Source of the DNA: Chiloscyllium plagiosum
Taxonomy: Eukaryota
DNA length: 64,000 nt
Assembly: GCF_004010195.1 (NCBI RefSeq)
Contig: NC_057718.1
Coordinates: 91,854,298 to 91,918,297 of the forward strand
Direction of reading: 5' to 3'
The position numbers were made by a program, and so were the translations under genes. The notes under the pieces were generated by a model. The model worked only from the letters and a program-made list of their open reading frames with translations. It was not told the origin of the DNA and did not search any database. Below are positions 25,669 to 39,199 of this stretch, piece by piece (the stretch's first letter is position 1; each line of letters opens with the position of its first letter).

Positions 25669-26395
25669 TGATGTAAGTTTGCTCATTGAGCTGGAAGGTT
25701 TGTTTTCAGACGTTTTATCACCATACTCGGTAACATCATCAGTGAGCCTCTGGTGAAGCATTGATGGTATGGCCTGCTTTTTATTTATGTGTTTAAGTTT
25801 CCTTGAGTTGGTGACAGCATTTCCTGTGACGATGTTATTTCCTGTTCTTTTTCTCAGGGGGTGGTAAATGGGATCCAAGTTGGTGTGTTTGTTGATAAGT
25901 GTTCCGGTTGGAATGCCATGCTTCTAGGAATTCTCGCATGTCTCTCTCTTTGACTTGTCCTATGATGGATGTGTTGTCCCAGTCAAAGTGGTGCCCTTCC
26001 TCAACTGTATGTGAGGATACTAGTGAGAGTGGGTCATGTCTTTTTGAGGCTAGTTGATGTTCATGTATCCTGGTGGCTAGATTTCTGCCTGTTTGTCCAA
26101 TGTAGCGTTTATTACAGTTCTTACAAGGTATTCCAACTGGAACTCCATCAACAAACACATATACTTGGATTCCATTTACCACCCCCTGAGAAAAAGAACA
26201 GGAAATTACAGCACCAACCCAAGTAAACCTAAACACAAATCAAAAGCAGGCCATGCCACCAGTGCTTCACCAGAGGCTCACTGATGATGTTACCTAGTAT
26301 GGTGACAAAACATCCAAAAACAAACCTTTCCAGCTCAATGAGCAAATTTACATCCAGAACCCAATCTGAGTTACAAATCTTCTCAAAGCTTGCTA
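25669..26395. mobile_element. Penelope-like element with GIY-YIG endonuclease fragment and inverted 3' ends
   Basis: IPCKNCNKRYIGQTGRNLATRIHEH...REFLEAWHS on minus; 12-bp TSD atacttggtagt (25657-68, 26396-407). Confidence 0.92.
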
Positions 26396-26904
26396 ATACT
26401 TGGTAGTAATAAAACTGTAGCATTCAGTGTTATGCCAATGTTAACAATGATGAAAATCAAAATCAGACTTTAGAAAGCAACTTGTTTATCAATTTTAATG
26501 CAAAATTCAAGGTCATTTAATAATCAACTCTTTTATTCAATATCCTGCATTTGAAGGTTTCTATTAAATTTCTCAGAGTGGTTTTATTAAATGCAACACC
26601 TAGCAAAAGGAACAACAGATCAACAAAAGCCTTGCTTTTGTACTACCATAGATACTGTCTGTACATTGTTGCATTACTGAATCCTTATACTACACAAAAC
26701 AATACAGTGGAGCCGACTTATAACGAATGTGTACTTATAACAAAGTGTACTTAACACAAAATAAGGTAATACTCAGTTATGATGAAATTATTTGTATATT
26801 ACAAAATCTGACAAGCAACCACTACATTAAAATAATTACTTCAAAAATAATCTGGCCTGTTTATTCAAAATCCACCAATTTTTTAAAATCTTTAATGAAT
26901 TTCC

Positions 26905-27235
26905 CCTGAACTGAATGAATTGCTAGCCATTTTCAAGGGGCAGTTAACAGTCAAACCCTTTCTGTAGGTCTGGAGGCATATGCCAGCCAGACTAGGTAAG
27001 GAGGACAGATTTCCATCCCCAAAATACAGTTGAGAACCAGATTTCGATTTTGTTTTACAACAATCGATGGTAGTTTCATGGTCATCATTACCAAGATTAG
27101 CTTTATATTCCAGATTTTGTTCTCAATTTAAACTCCACCAACTGCTGCAGTAGGATTTAAGTCACGTGCTCAGGACATGATCCCAGGCCTCTGAATTACT
27201 AGTGCAGTGACATTATCACGATACCACCATGTCCC
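26905..27235 (-). mobile_element. SINE family B
   Basis: Reverse-complement similarity to 4870-5255. Confidence 0.7.
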
Positions 27236-28724
27236 CAGTTTTTAAAAATATCCACTAGTTTCAGTTGTAGGAAACAGAAACTTGGAATCAATTATCTTGG
27301 ATAGGATATGGTTTATAGGCAAGTTTGCAGTTTAAACAGAGGCTATAACTCAATGCATCTTGGCTTTTGTGCATACCTTTATCCTCTTTCAATTTCTTGT
27401 GTAGTTTTGTGCCACAGTCATTGACCTCCAAGCAACAAGAATCCTTGTTCTGGTAAAAGCTTCTTAGACCTTATTATCTTGCAGACAGCTCTGGAGAATT
27501 ATTAATTAGCAGCAATCAATTCTGAAAATTACAGATGAATACTTAACTGCCACTGCACAGACACTGCAGTGTCCTCCTATAACTTGCACCAAGGTTTCAG
27601 TTTCCATTACACGGCGTCAGTTTGGTTTTAATTTTCTTAAAAGTGTTAAGTTCAATTTTACTCGTGGGTTTACCTTTTCTATTTCTATGTCAGTTTCACT
27701 TGCAGTTCAGCTTGTTTTGAGGATAATCTCAAAAAACACAAAATTAAACTCTGAAATAGAGATTCCCTCACAAAAGAAATCATTTAACCTATCCCTCCTT
27801 GGACAAAATATCAGTTAGTAATAGGTCAAGAACAAAAATTGAATAGTGGGAATTTTGGTGGGAATGAGATTAAGGAAGTGATCCCATATCTTTCAAACAA
27901 GAAAAGATCAACAAGTGAAGATGATACATGGAAGATAAACTTCAAACAAATGGATGTTCAAGGCTAATTCAGGAGGAGTGTGAGAAAGGTTTGACTTTGT
28001 GAAAGTAGGATTTGGAAGCAGCAACAGATGCTCTGAATGAATGGTCTCTAGCTCAGTACCAAACTAGACCATAAGCTGTTCATACTTATTAGAGTTAAGG
28101 ATATGGGACAGTGGAGAGACATTTAAGGAATTGCACCATCCCAAAATGCTGATAAAGCATTAACGTTTTTAAATTATGGGCTTGATTTTCCAAGTGACAA
28201 TCTGCAAGAAGTGGCCTCACATCTCTGACAGGTGATTGTGATCAAGACCTCAGAAGTGCAGAGTCAGAATTCCGTTCTGACAGTTCCCTCTCATGCAGAG
28301 TTGTCAGAGGAAGGCAAATCACGTCCTCCTTTCATAACAGTCAGCTACCATTTTCTGAAGTTTAAAGATCCAGAATCACCTTTACAGTTGGTTTAAAATG
28401 CTAAGTACACAAGAGAAATGAGAGGTTGGGGGGGGGCAGCAATTTCCTGGATAATTCTTTGGAGTTTGTCGCAAAGATGATTTTGCAGGTTACCCATTTG
28501 CAACTTCCACCTAAACTGGAATAACATCTGCCTCTGTGAATTGCCCGGTGTGTATTTTGACATTAAAAGTTGCTTCAAGAATGTTTGTTATTATTGGCCA
28601 TCAACGATGATATCTTGAAATTATCTTCATTCTCTAAGATGATCTAAAATTGCTGGGCTTTAGAGAAACGGGATTAAGTTTCGTCCAAGTCAACCATATT
28701 TGATGATGGATAGTAAAGCCAGTT

Positions 28725-28847
28725 GTTGTGGTCCTGTTCGCCGAGCTGGGAATTTGTGTTGCAGACGTTTCGTCCGCTGTCTAGGTGACATCCTCAGTGC
28801 TTGGGAGCCTCCTGTGAAGCGCTTCTGTGATGTTTCCTCTGGCATTT
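28725..28847 (-). mobile_element. Short Penelope-like 3' fragment carrying a hammerhead
   Basis: 15-bp TSD atagtaaagccagtt (28710-24, 28848-62); related to the 25669-26395 termini. Confidence 0.85.
28761..28800 (-). ncRNA. Minimal type I hammerhead ribozyme, intact core
   Basis: GCA CUGAGGA U GUC-ACCUAGACAGCG-GAC GAAA C GUC^ UGC; stem I GCA/UGC, stem II GUC/GAC, palindromic ACGU stem III. Confidence 0.8.
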
Positions 28848-28986
28848 ATAGTAAAGCCAGTTTTGTGCCAGGCTCTTTGATGGCTTTCCTCCATGAGCTT
28901 GGGAACAAAACTGGGTTTATACAAAAGGAAACAACCAAGATGGGAGACAAGTCAAAATTGAAGTGCACCCAACACCATGGTATTTA

Positions 28987-29295
28987 GGGCGGCACAGTGG
29001 CACAGTGGTTAGCACTGCTGCCTCACAGCGCCGGAGATCAGGGTTCAATTCCCGCCTCAGGCGACTGACTGTGTGGAGTTTGCACGTTCTCCCCGTGTCT
29101 GCGTGGGTTTCCTCCGGGTGCTCCGGTTTCCTCCCACAGTCCAAAGATGTGCAGGTTAGGTGAATTGGCTATGCTAAATTGCCCGTAGTGTTAGGTTAGG
29201 GGTATGGGTGGGTTGCGCTTCGGCGGGGCGGTGTGGGCTTGTTGGGCCGAAGGGCCTGTTTCCACACTGTAAGTAATCTAATCTAATCTAATCTA
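28987..29295 (+). mobile_element. HE1-like tRNA-derived SINE (young, CpG-rich)
   Basis: A/B boxes; (AATCT)n tail. Confidence 0.9.
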
Positions 29296-29534
29296 TCCAT
29301 CACAACAGTTTGCTTACTCACGTTATTAAATAAATTGCAAGATAAAATGTGTAATAAGCATGAATTCAAATATTTTGGAAATTCGGTGAACCAAAACTGT
29401 AATTTCAATTTCAAGCAATTTTAGGGAATTTCTAATTTGAATCCTTAATAAAATGTAAATTTAATAGAATCAACAAAAAAAATAAATGCATTCATGCTAC
29501 ACTCAGTCATGTCACACAAATAAGAGACAATCTA

Positions 29535-30207
29535 ACCATTGCATCTTGACATTCAATAGTGTTGCCATCACTGAATTCCCCTCTATCAACATAGACCAGA
29601 AACTCCACTGGATTCACTAGTGCCTACAAGAGCAGGTCAGAGGCTTGGAATACTGTGGTGAGTAATTCACTTCATGACTGCTTAAAGCAGTCCATCATCT
29701 ACAAGGCACAAGTAAGGAGTGTGATTGGAACACTGAATGGGTGCAGCTGCAGCAACATTCAAGAAGCTTGAAACTATCCAGGATAGAGCAGTCCATTGAT
29801 TGGCACTGCATCCACAAACACCCACTCCATCTACCACTGATGCTCAGTAACAGTGTGTATTATCTACAAGATGCACTGAAGAAATTCAAAAATCCTCAGA
29901 CAGCACTTTCCCAAACTATGATCACTTCCATCTTGAAGGGCAAAGGCAGCAGATATATGGGAATACTACCACCTTCAAATTCCCTTCCAAGCCATTCACC
30001 ATCCTGACTTAGAAATATATCACAGTTCCTTCACTATTGCTGGATTAAAATTCTGCAATTCCCTTCCTAATGGCATTGTTGATAAACCCACAGCAGGTGG
30101 ACTGCAGTGGTTGAAGGAGGTAGTTTACCACCACCTTCTCAAGGGCAACTAGGGACAGGCAATAAATACTGGCCAGCCAGAGACACCTACAAATGAATTT
30201 TAAAAAT
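29535..30207 (+). mobile_element. 3' part of LINE family B
   Basis: Ends tctcaagggcaactagggacaggcaataaatactggccagccag; homologous to 2880-3272. Confidence 0.75.
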
Positions 30208-30778
30208 TGAAGATATTATCAACCATTTATTCCTGCAATCATGTCATTTGCTTTGAAAGAAATCAACATCCATTATCTTTTTAAATCCAATACCTGCTCA
30301 ACAGAAAACTCAGGAGCGGCAATTTATAATTAGAGACATTGACTGATTAGGAAAGAGCTAATCTAAGTTGGTACCAGACATACTTTGTGGGAGATTTTTC
30401 AATTCACACCAATCCTATAACATCAATAAAGCACTAAAACAAGACAGGATACAACCTAAAATATTGATCTTTTTAAACACCACAGAGAAGGTAAGCTACA
30501 CATTTTCAAACAACACAAGGGCCACAAATAAATCCACAAGAGCCAACGCGGATACCTACCAATACAACATGCATGAATTGGCATGGCATAATCAGCAATT
30601 GAAACTCTTACTGCAGAATTAGTCTGTCAGCTTTTCTTTCCTGGGCTCATACAAAGATATCCAATGATGACTAATCTGCCTTTTTTAAATACAAATTGTT
30701 AACTTATACAGATATATTGTACTGACACAGACACACTGCATAATTCACAAGAAGCTATTGTAATTTTACACATTTTAC

Positions 30779-30890
30779 CCGGAAAAGTAGTCCTGCCATG
30801 TGTTCTGCAAAAATATCCCGGTTGTGCAAATCGTGCTGCTTTGGCATAATTGTTTCAGTGATCTTAAGTAATACACGCAAAAGTTGTTCC
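30779..30890 (-). CDS. RALGAPA2: RALGAPA2 exon, (W)EQLLRVLLKITETIMPKQHDLHNRDIFAEHMAGLLFR
   Basis: TAG acceptor, GTAAAA donor; 112 nt, phase 2->0. Confidence 0.94.
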
Positions 30891-31593
30891 CTATGTGAAA
30901 GTCAAAAAAATCCAGTCATTCAAAAATATACTAAGAATACATCCAAATCAACAACTTTGAAATTTTCCCAATTTCCTGAACAGTTTTCTGAACATTAATG
31001 AACGTGTGAGGAAATGAATTTCCAAATCAGTGGGCAAGGTACCCCATTAGGTGTTAATAGTCATAAATTGGTCTCATTAAAGTCCTGTGCAAAGTAATCA
31101 GTTTACGAAACTAGCTGCTAGAACAGCAATAAATTTCAGGGAATAAGATGAAACAGTTTGGAAACCTTAGCAGTAGAACACGGGACTTCTATTCTTGGAA
31201 ATATCCCAACATTGTAATGCATAAGTTGTGCCAGAAAATTTACATTAGATTGATATTTGTTACATCTTAAGTGTGGCAGGGCAATTGTACTTAAACATGG
31301 TTTGGACGACCAGGTTAACAACACCATTAAATTAATGCTGGATCCGGGGAGTCAGAAAAAAAGAATCATTCCTAAGCTAAAGAAAATCTCCAAACTTCAT
31401 ATCAAATAGAATCAGTTTAAGGTTAAAATATTTATTTTGGCCTAAAGCATATAATAGAAATCAACAGTAGCAAAGTAAAATTACACCAAAATGTCCTACT
31501 ATACATCTGAGGCAAATGTCCACAGATTTACTCTTTCAAAAAAAACATACACATCAGAAAAATATAGACACAGTGCCTGACAGCCAAACTCAC

Positions 31594-31742
31594 CATGTTT
31601 TCTTGCTCATGTTTAATTCCATGATCATGTGCCTGTAGATACTTAATACTGCCTTGCAGACATCAATCTGTTCTTCGAGGATCTTTGAAACATCATTGCA
31701 AGGTTCCAACAAGAATACATTTGCAGAATTGGTCAAAAATAC
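31594..31742 (-). CDS. RALGAPA2: RALGAPA2 exon, [49 protein letters not shown](W)
   Basis: AG acceptor, GTGAGT donor; 149 nt, phase 0->2. Confidence 0.95.
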
Positions 31743-32511
31743 CTTTTAAAAAAAGATGCAAATATTCCTATCAAAATGTACTTCAAGTATGACTCCTCTC
31801 GATAGGAACAATTGATTTCTGTTTAGAATTGTTCTGAAAAGTTGTGATTGCACTATGCATTGATTCACTTCAAAGTGCATTAAAGAAAAATATCAATTGC
31901 ACTGCCTCAAAATCTTTCATAACTTTATACAACTTTTATAAATCTTGCTCCTTGAATATTTCACAACACAAAAGTACTATAAATGTGAAATAAAAATATA
32001 AAATAATTGAAATATTCAGGAGGCCAAACAGTATTATTCTTTTTAAGTAACTCCTTAAGGTTCATAAGATCTTATCAGGACTGGAAGATTAAAGCAATGA
32101 ACAGTTTCAACAAAGCCATAGTGCAAGAATGAGCATATTTCCTGCAGTACAAGAATTGCCCAAGTGGTTGTGGCTTTCAGCAAAGCATTCTGCACATCAT
32201 ATGAAAGCAACTCACTGAGCATTGTAAAGCTTCTTAATAAGAGCTTCTTGATATTTATAATGAAATAAATCACAGCAATACTACAATTGTGGATATATCA
32301 TTGAAAATAAACAAAAGCCATACATTTCATTTTTGGCAGGCGACATTATTGAAAAAGAATCGTTTTCATATTATTGCTGTCAGCAATCAGTTGCAAAAAT
32401 AAAACATTAACATAGATCCAGAAGCAGACCACATATAATGAAAGGGGAACAAAATTATTAAGTGTCACCCTGAAAAGAATCTGCTCATACAAGAACTTAA
32501 CTGACACTCAC

Positions 32512-32646
32512 CTGCAACGTTGATTGAACACCAGCCTGAATATTTGCATTTTCCTCTTCAAAAACACAGCCCCGATTGATGGCATTTGTAAAAGAGTATG
32601 TTCTTCCCCAGCTAGACGTACGCCGATGCCTTGACTGCTGAATGGT
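32512..32646 (-). CDS. RALGAPA2: RALGAPA2 exon, [45 protein letters not shown]
   Basis: AG acceptor, GTGAGT donor; 135 nt, phase 0->0; [10 protein letters not shown] is alpha-2 type. Confidence 0.95.
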
Positions 32647-33829
32647 CTTAAAAGCAGAAAAAGAGATTTTATGTTATATTTATTTTAAGATGTGCAAACC
32701 TCTGAAGATAGCAAACTTCATTTTCAATTTTGTAATTAATCTACCAACACTAAAACAGTCAAAATGTCAATCATTCTATAAATCGCCACTTATCACTGTA
32801 CCATCCAATGAACAGCAAATTTATTTAGATAAATTACAATTGAATAAATCCATACAGTTCCCATAATGCATGAAGTCTGGAGATTTGCCTAGAACACCAT
32901 ATCGTGGTCAGATTTCAGTGTTGAATAATAAGGTCTCAGGCCTTTCTTGTTCAAATGCATTTACTGAGTATCTACTGTTTATAGCTCTTACAAGATGCAA
33001 GCACTAGGCATATAGGGCACACCTGACAAAAAAAAATACAGAAAGAGGGTAAAACTCAAAGCACAAAAATAATGTTCACAGACAGAATCCCTCAAGATAT
33101 ATTAACATAAATGTTAGCTGAAGAATGTAAACTTTATCCTATCAAGCCGCAGGATCTGGGCATCATTGTTGTCCATTCATATTCCCATCAAAAAGGTTTG
33201 TTGGACCATTTCAGAGCGTACTTGAGAGTTAACCACATTACTGTGGGTGTTTACAGCAATGATGGTATCATGGCCACTATTACTGAAACTAGATTTTTAA
33301 ATTCCAAATTTGTATTACTTTTGTGTAAATTCCACGAGCTGCCATCAGACTTGAATCTGTGTTCTCACAGCAGTAAGTCACATCTGGGAATACATCCACA
33401 AATAAATGAAAAATTTACCTCCTTCCATTAATGCCCTGAACAATTTATCATGATTAATATATATTCAAACTGACAAATTTGAAAATATAATCCTGAATTG
33501 ATATCAGTTTTAGAAATCCAGTTTTGCCACCTGGGTGACTTCTACATTAATAGCCATATACCTGTTTTAAAACCATAGATGATTTCACATGACAACTGCA
33601 CTGCAAGTTTCCTTATTTCTTAAACAAGAATTTGGGTACAATTAAATTGGAGTACATACAAGATGGCCTTACAAAAGAAATTGTGTTATTTTAGGAAATA
33701 TTAACCTAATACGTTAAATGATGGCATACAAACTTAATCAAGTGAAATAAATTTCTATACTATTGAATCAAATGGTATTCTGAATGCACAATTCACCATA
33801 GTTCTCAGGAATATAAAGAATAAGAGGAA

Positions 33830-34095
33830 GAATCAACATGCATTTGCATATAGTGCCTGTTTTAAAGTATCAAATGCAGCAGCAGATTTGTAACAAGTTT
33901 CCACAAACAGAAATGCACAAATGAGCAAATAATCTGTTTTTGTGATGTTGACTGAGGGATATTTATCGGCCAGACCATCAGGATAACCTCTTTGCTCTTC
34001 TTCTAAATGGTAGCCATAGAATCATTTGCACCTTTCTAAAAGCTTAGACAGGGCCTCAAAGGGCACCATTTCAAATAGTGCAGCATTCGTTCAGT
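33830..34095 (-). mobile_element. DeuSINE-like (SacSINE1/AmnSINE1-type) ancient SINE fragment
   Basis: Reverse complement resembles the recalled Deu domain (atttatccctcaaccaacatcactaaaacagattat). Confidence 0.6.
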
Positions 34096-34623
34096 AATGC
34101 ATGCATGGATTCTCTGCAAAAACAGATTCTTTACATTTGGTATTGTTCCATCTCACTCTTATAAAAATCTCCACTTTGAACTGCCAAGTTTGGGACTGTT
34201 TCCTTGATTTCTTTTTTGAGGGGAGAAAGGTATCAGAGTATTTCCAAGACATAGAAGCACTTTTTCGCTGCAAAAAGCCACTTTAGCATCAGGTACTATG
34301 AAGCACAAACAAACTGTAGAATATGTTCCTGACACAAGAATGCCTTCAGCCTCCTCTCAGTAGCACATCCATGCTGCATTTATTGAATCAATCATTCTGA
34401 CTCAACTGTAAATCTCCTGGCTGTTCTGCATTAACTTTCACTCCATCGCCTAATGTTTGGATTAAAATGCAAATCCTAGAGAAAAGAGGCTTAACTAATA
34501 CAGATGGGCCAAGAAATCAACAGCTTTGCATTTTTGCTTTACATCAACCAAAAAATCATAAATGGTATGAAAAATAGCAAAATGGTAAATTGCTCCAAGA
34601 TACATTTGAAAATTCTTATTTAC

Positions 34624-34803
34624 CTCTTTACTATCAGTCAGCAATACAGAAAGATGCTCTGTATGGTCGACAACATCATCATCTGTTTCTGACTTTTCTG
34701 GCTCAGCCATAAATGGAGGTTTGTTTTCGTGCAAGATCCATTTGCGATAAACCTTTACCACTTTTTTTATTGCTGATGCTTCGCAAGATGGTAGAAGAAA
34801 ACC
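34624..34803 (-). CDS. RALGAPA2: RALGAPA2 exon, [37 protein letters not shown]...TDSKE
   Basis: TTTTTAG acceptor, GTAAAT donor; 180 nt, phase 0->0. Confidence 0.95.
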
Positions 34804-35520
34804 CTAAAAAGATATACCAATTAGATACACAAGTTCTATTAATAATCACATCAAACAAAATAAATCATCAAATAAATGATAGGAAGCACCTCCAATTGAC
34901 TGGCTTACTAAAATCCTTCCAATCATTTATTAATTGACAAATTAAAATAACATTTTGTAAAACAATTGTTCTTAACAACGGGAGTTTCTTCAAACTAATT
35001 CAAAATGTAAGAAGAAATGGGAGGAGTAATGCAAGCTAAGTGACATGTGGTGATGATGGATCACTCATTTAAGCAGTACTTTTTATATAGTATCATTTTG
35101 CTATGACAGTCGTTATTGGTAACGATTCAACTCATCAAATTTGCCTCAATTCCGATGGAAGTAGCGAAAGTGAAATTTGGCAAAGAATTACACATACAGC
35201 TTTTTTTTAATACTGACTGTTTTATAGAAACAAATCTGCCTGCCTAAGCCATTACCAATTTATGGTATTGAGACTGTTATAGTAATCAGACACTTCAGCA
35301 CATTCTGACATTCTAAACTGGTTTTCAGACATCTCAGTTTGGAAGGACACCTATTGAAGGCAACTCAAAATGAATAGGCCTACCTGATTAAAGTGGCTTC
35401 AGTTCGACATTCCTTCTCTCTGAGCACTAGATCATTGAAATGCCTGATGGAACAAAGTCTATCTACGCTTGTAATATAAATTGGAAAATTGAAACAAACC
35501 TCAATCCAGGCAAACCTTCA

Positions 35521-35775
35521 GTAGTGTCATTTCCTGTGGTGATGTTATTCTAAAAAACAGGAAATGACATTACCCTGGGAAATGACGCCATCAACCTAAG
35601 GAAACCTAAACACATAAATAGAAAGTGGGTCACTAACACCAGTGCTTCACCGGAGGCTCACTGATGATGTTATCTAGTATGGTGATGAAATGTCTGAAAA
35701 TGAACCTTCCAGGTGAGCGAGCAAACTTACATCCAGAACATCAACCTGAGCTACAAATCTTCTCAAAACTCGCTA
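35521..35775 (+). mobile_element. Penelope-like 3' fragment with a short inverted segment
   Basis: Near-identical to 26190-26395. Confidence 0.8.
35658..35697 (+). ncRNA. Minimal hammerhead ribozyme, core intact
   Basis: UCA CUGAUGA U GUUAUC-UAGUAU-GGUGAU GAAA U GUC^ UGA. Confidence 0.7.
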
Positions 35776-35989
35776 ACACACCAGTATATTAATTGCCAAA
35801 CATTTTGACAGATTGAACAATAAGCTTTCAAAGTTCAGGAAAATATCTGGTTGAAATGTTGTCATTAATTTTAACTGTCTGGTCACTTACTGTCGAGGAC
35901 TTTGAGAAAAGAATAGCGCTTCCTAAAAAGCCATTAAACATTCGCACTTTAAAGGGGGGATGAATTTACTTCTGAGCCAGGATCTGGAA

Positions 35990-38770
35990 AGCTCTAATTC
36001 AAACCTACTGGAGTCAAACTTAAAACCCCGCTCAGGAATAAGCAGAATCTAAGTAGATTCCATTGGCCAACTACATAAGCTTGAAAGCAGAGTTAGAAGT
36101 AGTGAACTGGCACACTTGTTCAGGGGATAGATCAATAGAGACACAGTGACAGACATTTAACGGAATATTTCAGAGTACTCAGAATAAACATATTCCTGCT
36201 CTGAAGAAAAATTCTAAACAGAGGATCCACCATCTATGACTAGTTAAGGAAGTTTGGTAGAGAATTAAACTTAAGAGAAAAGCATATAACTGCACAAAGA
36301 TGAGTGGCAGTTCAGATGACTGGTCAGAATTTGAAGAATGATAGAATGACCAAAAGGTTAATCAGGAGGAAGAAATTAGACTATAGGGCAAAGCAAACTA
36401 GGAATGTCAAAACAGATACTAACGGTTTCTGCAGGTAATTAAGTAGAAGAGAAGTAAAGCAAGCACTGGCCTCTAGAAAGTGAGAACAGTGACTTTTTAG
36501 TAAAGAAGGAAACGGTAAGTGAAACTAATTTTGTTGCTGTCTTCACTATAGAAGGTACAAAAAAAATTCCAGTAATATCTATAAATTAGAGGTTAGAAGA
36601 GAGAGAGGAACTTAATGAAACTATCAGGAAGGAAGTAGTACAAAGCAAATTGATGGAGCTGTAAACTGACAAGTCTCCAGGTCCAGATGAACTTCATTCT
36701 AGGGAACAAAAGAGATTGTTAGTGAAGTTAATTATCCAAAAACCCCTATATCCAGGCAAGGTTCCAATATATTGCAAATGAGCAATATTTTAATTGATTG
36801 AAGTAGTGAGGGAGGCAGAAAACAGTGAACAAAAGGTCTGTTAGCTTGATGTCTCCCATGGGAGATGTGATGGAATCAATCACACTTCAAAAAAACTCAA
36901 TGTAATTGGGAAGACTCTGCACGATTTTGTCAAAGGGAAGTCATGCTTAATCAAATTATTCGAGTTCTTGAAGGAGTAACATGCAGGATAAAGAACAGCC
37001 TGTGAACATATTATACTTGGATTTCTAGAAGGCATTTGATAAAATGCCACAAATGTTATTTTGGAAAGTAAAAGCTCATTGTGTTTAGGGAATGCAACAG
37101 GTTACCATGGATAGAAGACTGGCTAACTGACAGAAATCAGAATATGGAAAAATGAGTTTTAGATTGGCAGGATGAAATCAGTCCTGAGGGCTCTGTACTG
37201 GGGTCTCAATTTTTTTTTTACAATTTACATCAATGACTTAGGTGAGTGAAGTCAAGGCATGGCAGCAAAATTTCTAGATGACATTAAAACAAGCAAGAAG
37301 GTACACTGTGAAGAAGACATAAGGAAGTTGCGGGCAAGTATAGGTGGGTTGAGTCAGCAGGCAAAGATCTGGTAGATGGAGTATATGTGTGAAAATGTGA
37401 AGCTTTTCATTTTACCAGAAAGAATAAAAAAAAGTATTAGTTAAATGGCGAACAACTCAATTGCTATGAAGATGTGGTTGTAATATACCTTTAAGAGAGT
37501 AAAAACTAGCAGTGACAGCATCGAGTGTTCTTAATAAGACACACTAACGTGCTCCAGCTACTGGGATACCCCAGTAGCTGGTTGACTGAAAATCACAAAA
37601 CAGATTCAAATTAGGCCAATCAGTTTAAATTATACCCCAAAAAAACCCAAATTCCAATCAAGTTTGAATTGAGTATGTTGACAATCTTAAAAGCCAATGA
37701 CAATCTGATGCTTTGGGGTATAAGACCAGGGAAAATTGAACAGTTAGGAGGAGAACTGCCACCAGACCAAGAGCTGTAGACTGCTAGTCAGAAATCTCAG
37801 AGGTACCTGTCCAGAGTTTGCAGAGAGAAAAACCTCAACTCTGACCTGGAGAGCCAATCTACCAACAAAGATAAAGAGAAGATTTGACCACTGGTTGGTT
37901 TTAAAATTTGAATTTTTCTGTAATTCTTAATTGGGGGGTTTTATCGGACTGGTATTACGGAAGGAGAGGTAAAGATAGGTTACAGAAAGGAGTTGTAAAT
38001 AGTTGTTAGTTAATTATTCTCTGTTATATTTTAAGAAATAAAGTTGTTAATTTTTACTTTAAATAATTCTTGGCCACTCAAATTTTTACAATTACTGCGT
38101 GGGATAAATCTTTTCTATGGTGTTGGTTTTAAATTAAGCAGGAAAGTTTACCCTGTGCTGTAACACAATTCAGTGATGCAGAGAAATGGAAGTGTTCTCT
38201 TTCTAGTTCATGAGTCACAGCAAGTTAATGTGCAGATACAGCATGTTATCGAAGAGGCCTAATGGCACGTTATCCTTTACTATACGAGGGATATTTAAGG
38301 AAGGATATAAATTCAATGAAGGGGGTTGACTAAATTGATATCACTAACACATAGGTTGACTTAGGGTGTACAGGCTAGGCAATTTCAACAGAGAGGGGTG
38401 ACTTGATGTGTGTTTAAGATCCTGAATAAGTTTGATATATTGAGTGTGAAAAGGCCAAAGATCCTCATTTTGTGGGTTTGTCTGGAAACAGGGATATTGT
38501 TTTAAAATTTGGGGTCCCTGTTTCAGATCAGGGATGAGGAGATTTTCTTTCTCAGCTTGTTGGACACATTGGAATGCTCTGCCTCAAAAGGTGGTAGAGG
38601 CAGACCATGAGGTATTTTTAAGACAGAGGTGGATTCCTGTCAGGCAGTGGTTATCAGGGATAGATGGAAATGCAGCATTCAAAACACAGACAGATAAGCC
38701 ATCTTAATGAATGGCAAAGTAGGTTCAAAGGACCAAATGGATTATTCTTACTTCTAGTTTGTATGTTCAT
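35990..38770 (+). mobile_element. Old CR1-type LINE (ORF2 remnant) interrupted by a solo LTR
   Basis: Motifs KSPGPDELH, FVKGKSCL, YLDF*KAFDK, KFLDDIK; sequence resumes after the LTR. Confidence 0.8.
37462..38165 (+). mobile_element. Solo LTR (Gypsy/ERV-type)
   Basis: TG...CA termini (tgctat/gtaaca), 4-bp TSD caat, internal TATAA and AATAAA. Confidence 0.85.
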
Positions 38771-39199
38771 ATCAAGAGTAGGGTTTCATGTAAAAGTCAC
38801 TAGAGAAAACTAGCATTTGCTGAATTCAAGAAGGTCAAAGGGATATAGTTGCATGAGGAGATAATGTTTTTGCAAGTTCTTTAAGATTGTTCAGTCTGAA
38901 TCAAGTTATATTTTTCAATTGAGGCATTTAATAGGGTATTAGAAAATTATTATACAAATAAATAAGATACAAGGACATGGAAAAAGAAAGGCAGGAGAAT
39001 GGCACTAAGTTACAAAGCTCATTTGGAGAGTCGATGCTGACAAAATGGGCCAAATGAACTAAAATGTTTAAGCATTTTCTAAATACTGTATCCAAGCACA
39101 GTACTAGCATGATTGGTCCACTAGAGGGTGTCGTACCTTCATTTAAAACAAGTCCTCATGATTCTACAAGTTGCACACACTTCATGTTGAATCTTGGAA

